A DNA stretch of 62,560 bases, filler included, from Sphacelaria rigidula (lineage: Eukaryota): the NCBI GenBank assembly GCA_964200075.2. It is 4 parts of 4 records of this genome, joined end to end, with 100 filler letters (N's around TTAATTAATTAA, not from the genome) between each part and the next. Parts side by side here need not be neighbours in the genome. Positions count along the whole stretch, not along the records: positions 46,997 to 62,560 come from CAXNAA020001698.1; 3 more parts are not named here. One strand, 5' to 3'. A program made the translations under genes and the position numbers. Positions within the stretch are counted from its first letter, which is position 1, and every line of letters starts with the position of its first letter. Below the pieces are notes generated by a model. It was not told the origin of the DNA, did not search any database, and saw only the letters and a program-made list of their open reading frames with translations. Below are positions 60,256-62,560 of this stretch, in pieces.

Positions 60256-62560
60256 CACCGTAGTAGTTGTCCGTCTTAGGGGCGCGGGGGGTCCGAGGAG
60301 GGCTAGATCAGATGCCTCATACAGGGGAAGGGCTGAGCAGGAGGGGCGATCGCACGGGAGAATGGTATGAGCACTGTGGTAGTTGTCCATCTCACCACTA
60401 GTGTTCGGCCTTTGCATGTTGCTCAGTTGTGTGCTGTCGTAGAACCTACAAAGATAGAGCGACGTGTCCGACGTGTATGGAGGGCGCTACTGCAAGCGGT
60501 CGTTTGTGATCTTTCCTGGCGGGTTTCTCGCAGGTTGTGTGCAAATTGCGATCGGCGGGGGATTCAATCTGCAGCAGAGGAAAATCAGCATTTGAGCCGG
60601 TCGATATATGGGTGCGCACGTTGACCATTATCGCAGTTTCTGCGTCCTCAGAGCGCTCGATATTTTACAGAAGTTCCTGCGGTGGATGATTTGAGGTTCC
60701 TACAATGTTTAGCCTTTCAACCACTGGAATGTGGGAATATACGCCTCGGAAACTCTTTGATTGCCGCCTGCCCCGGCCTCCTGAAACGAAGATCACAAAC
60801 CCATTCCGTTCCACCATGCGGCCAATCGCCCTTCATCCTCTTGACCCGCATTGGCCATTTATTACCCCTATCTACTTTGTCCCACCCGGGTAGAGGGCAA
60901 TGGTTTCCTCCGAAAATTGAGTAGCCTGCATTGGTGGTATGCCCAAAACTGGGGCACATACCCACGCGGGGTGCGAAAGGGGGTGGGAAGACAGACTTAC
61001 ACAAGAACGGAACAGCTCATGATCGTAAATGAGCAATCCTGTGGGCATGCAACATATCGAGCTCCTCGGGTGTATACACACCTATTCCGACTCCAATTTG
61101 ACAAAGTGAATTTGGTTTCTGCTGCGGGTAAAAATTCGACTAAACGTTTTTTCGCGACATGATTTCTGCGACTCGATTCTTGGGACATTTGTTTTGCTAG
61201 ATTTTTCTATTCTGAAACCCCTATTGAGTTCGGTTTTTGGGGGATAACTTTGTCAAACAGAAACCAAACGCATTCTGCTCCAAGGGGCGCCTGGGCACAC
61301 AGCAGTTGCTGCTGCCTACCTAATATCATCTTCCAAATCGAAGTCCCGAGTGAGAAGGCCCAGCGTTTGGTGCGCATGTACAAGGAAGGATTATCGACAT
61401 CTACTATCATGCCCCAAAACGTACCCGACAAGGGGGCAACATCCCCGTACAGACAGTAGCAATGCTAGCGGATCCAACGTCCTGACAGTCTGGCAGCCGG
61501 CAAGGTGGTTATGGTAGTGTCCTTCTAGCGATATCAACTTACAGTGCACTGGATGCCTCACCTGCAGTTCGCCCAGATGTTGCGGACTTTTTTCGCGATA
61601 TCACTGAGTAACAGTACATACATCTACATGCGAAAATGTACCAGACCCTCCTTCACATTATAGGTGGAGATGCACCAGACTCTGCATTATATATGGAACT
61701 GTATATAGGACAATGGGAAATCAATGTAGGACCGCGAGAGGCTAAGGATGTCATGTCCTGCGGTGTGCTTTGTCGCCCTGCACTCCGCCGCTGTGCAGTG
61801 AGCAGGTAGTACCGCCGAATGCGTCACGCTGCGGTTGGTACGCAGTGTTGGCTCCACATACCCATAGGATAAACTCTGCATTGAATTAAATATAACGCAC
61901 TTAATAAAATAAAACGTGCGGGGCGCGATATTTTTGAGCAGCACGCGCGCTAGCGCGTGCGCGATTTTCCGTGTTGCCGACATCGTGCCAGCGCACTTGC
62001 GCACTACAGCGTTGCACTCCCCTGTGGCAGCCCGTCACGGCGTTGCTCCTCATGTTTCGTCACGCTTTATTCGAAAATAAGCAGAAGAGATGCCAGCGAA
62101 TCCATCGTTGTTGCACTTGGAGGCGTGGTGAACCAGTTTTGTTTCGATCTAGTCCTGCCGCATGCTGCGTGCTGTACCAAATAGTATAGCGTACCCTGCC
62201 GTACCAGTTCAAAAACGGATATGCATGATATAAATGCCACCGACATGCTCTGGCTATCATGAACTGTGTACGAGGCGCGGGAAGCGTAGTTTTTGTCAAG
62301 GAATGCAAGGACGCAACCGTACTGTAGTACAGACAGCTTTTATTATTAGGATGAAACACGTGATTCGACCGCGACACAAGACAAAGCATATATTCATTAC
62401 AATACGTGGGCGTTTTGGTACTGACACGAGTCCACCAGTCCCTCCACTACCTACCGTAAGGAGATAGATACCACGTGTATAGATACTGTGGCGAAATCAC
62501 GCCGTCACGGTTGAGTATATAGTGGATCCTGGATGATGACCAGGGGACAAGGACATCCTG

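Overview
Eukaryotic, transposon-rich genomic scaffold segment. The GC content near 50%, long GT-AG introns and the retroelement families suggest a brown alga or related stramenopile; this is inference. Bases 1-21 kb are a nested cluster of decayed LTR retrotransposons: a chromovirus-type Gypsy 3' end with an intact 372-bp LTR, two more Gypsy pol relics, a Copia gag-protease relic and a large gag-like minus-strand ORF set. Bases 21-35 kb are a dense field of non-autonomous DNA elements (MITEs) plus a LINE RT fragment. Two spliced plus-strand host genes are supported. One is a probable PH-like protein with a long disordered exon (about 36.8-39.8 kb). The other is a multi-exon coiled-coil protein with a CLSCxRP motif (50476-60255). 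A decayed full-length minus-strand Copia element (39848-46744) lies between them. Three 100-bp assembly gaps carry an artificial TTAATTAATTAA spacer. I found no CRISPR array, rRNA, tRNA or prokaryotic-type system. The most interesting signals are a three-copy MITE family with 4-bp TSDs, a Gypsy integrase with an apparent chromo plus Tudor tail, a composite P-element-like MITE pair, and an element built from palindromic CAATATATATTG motifs.
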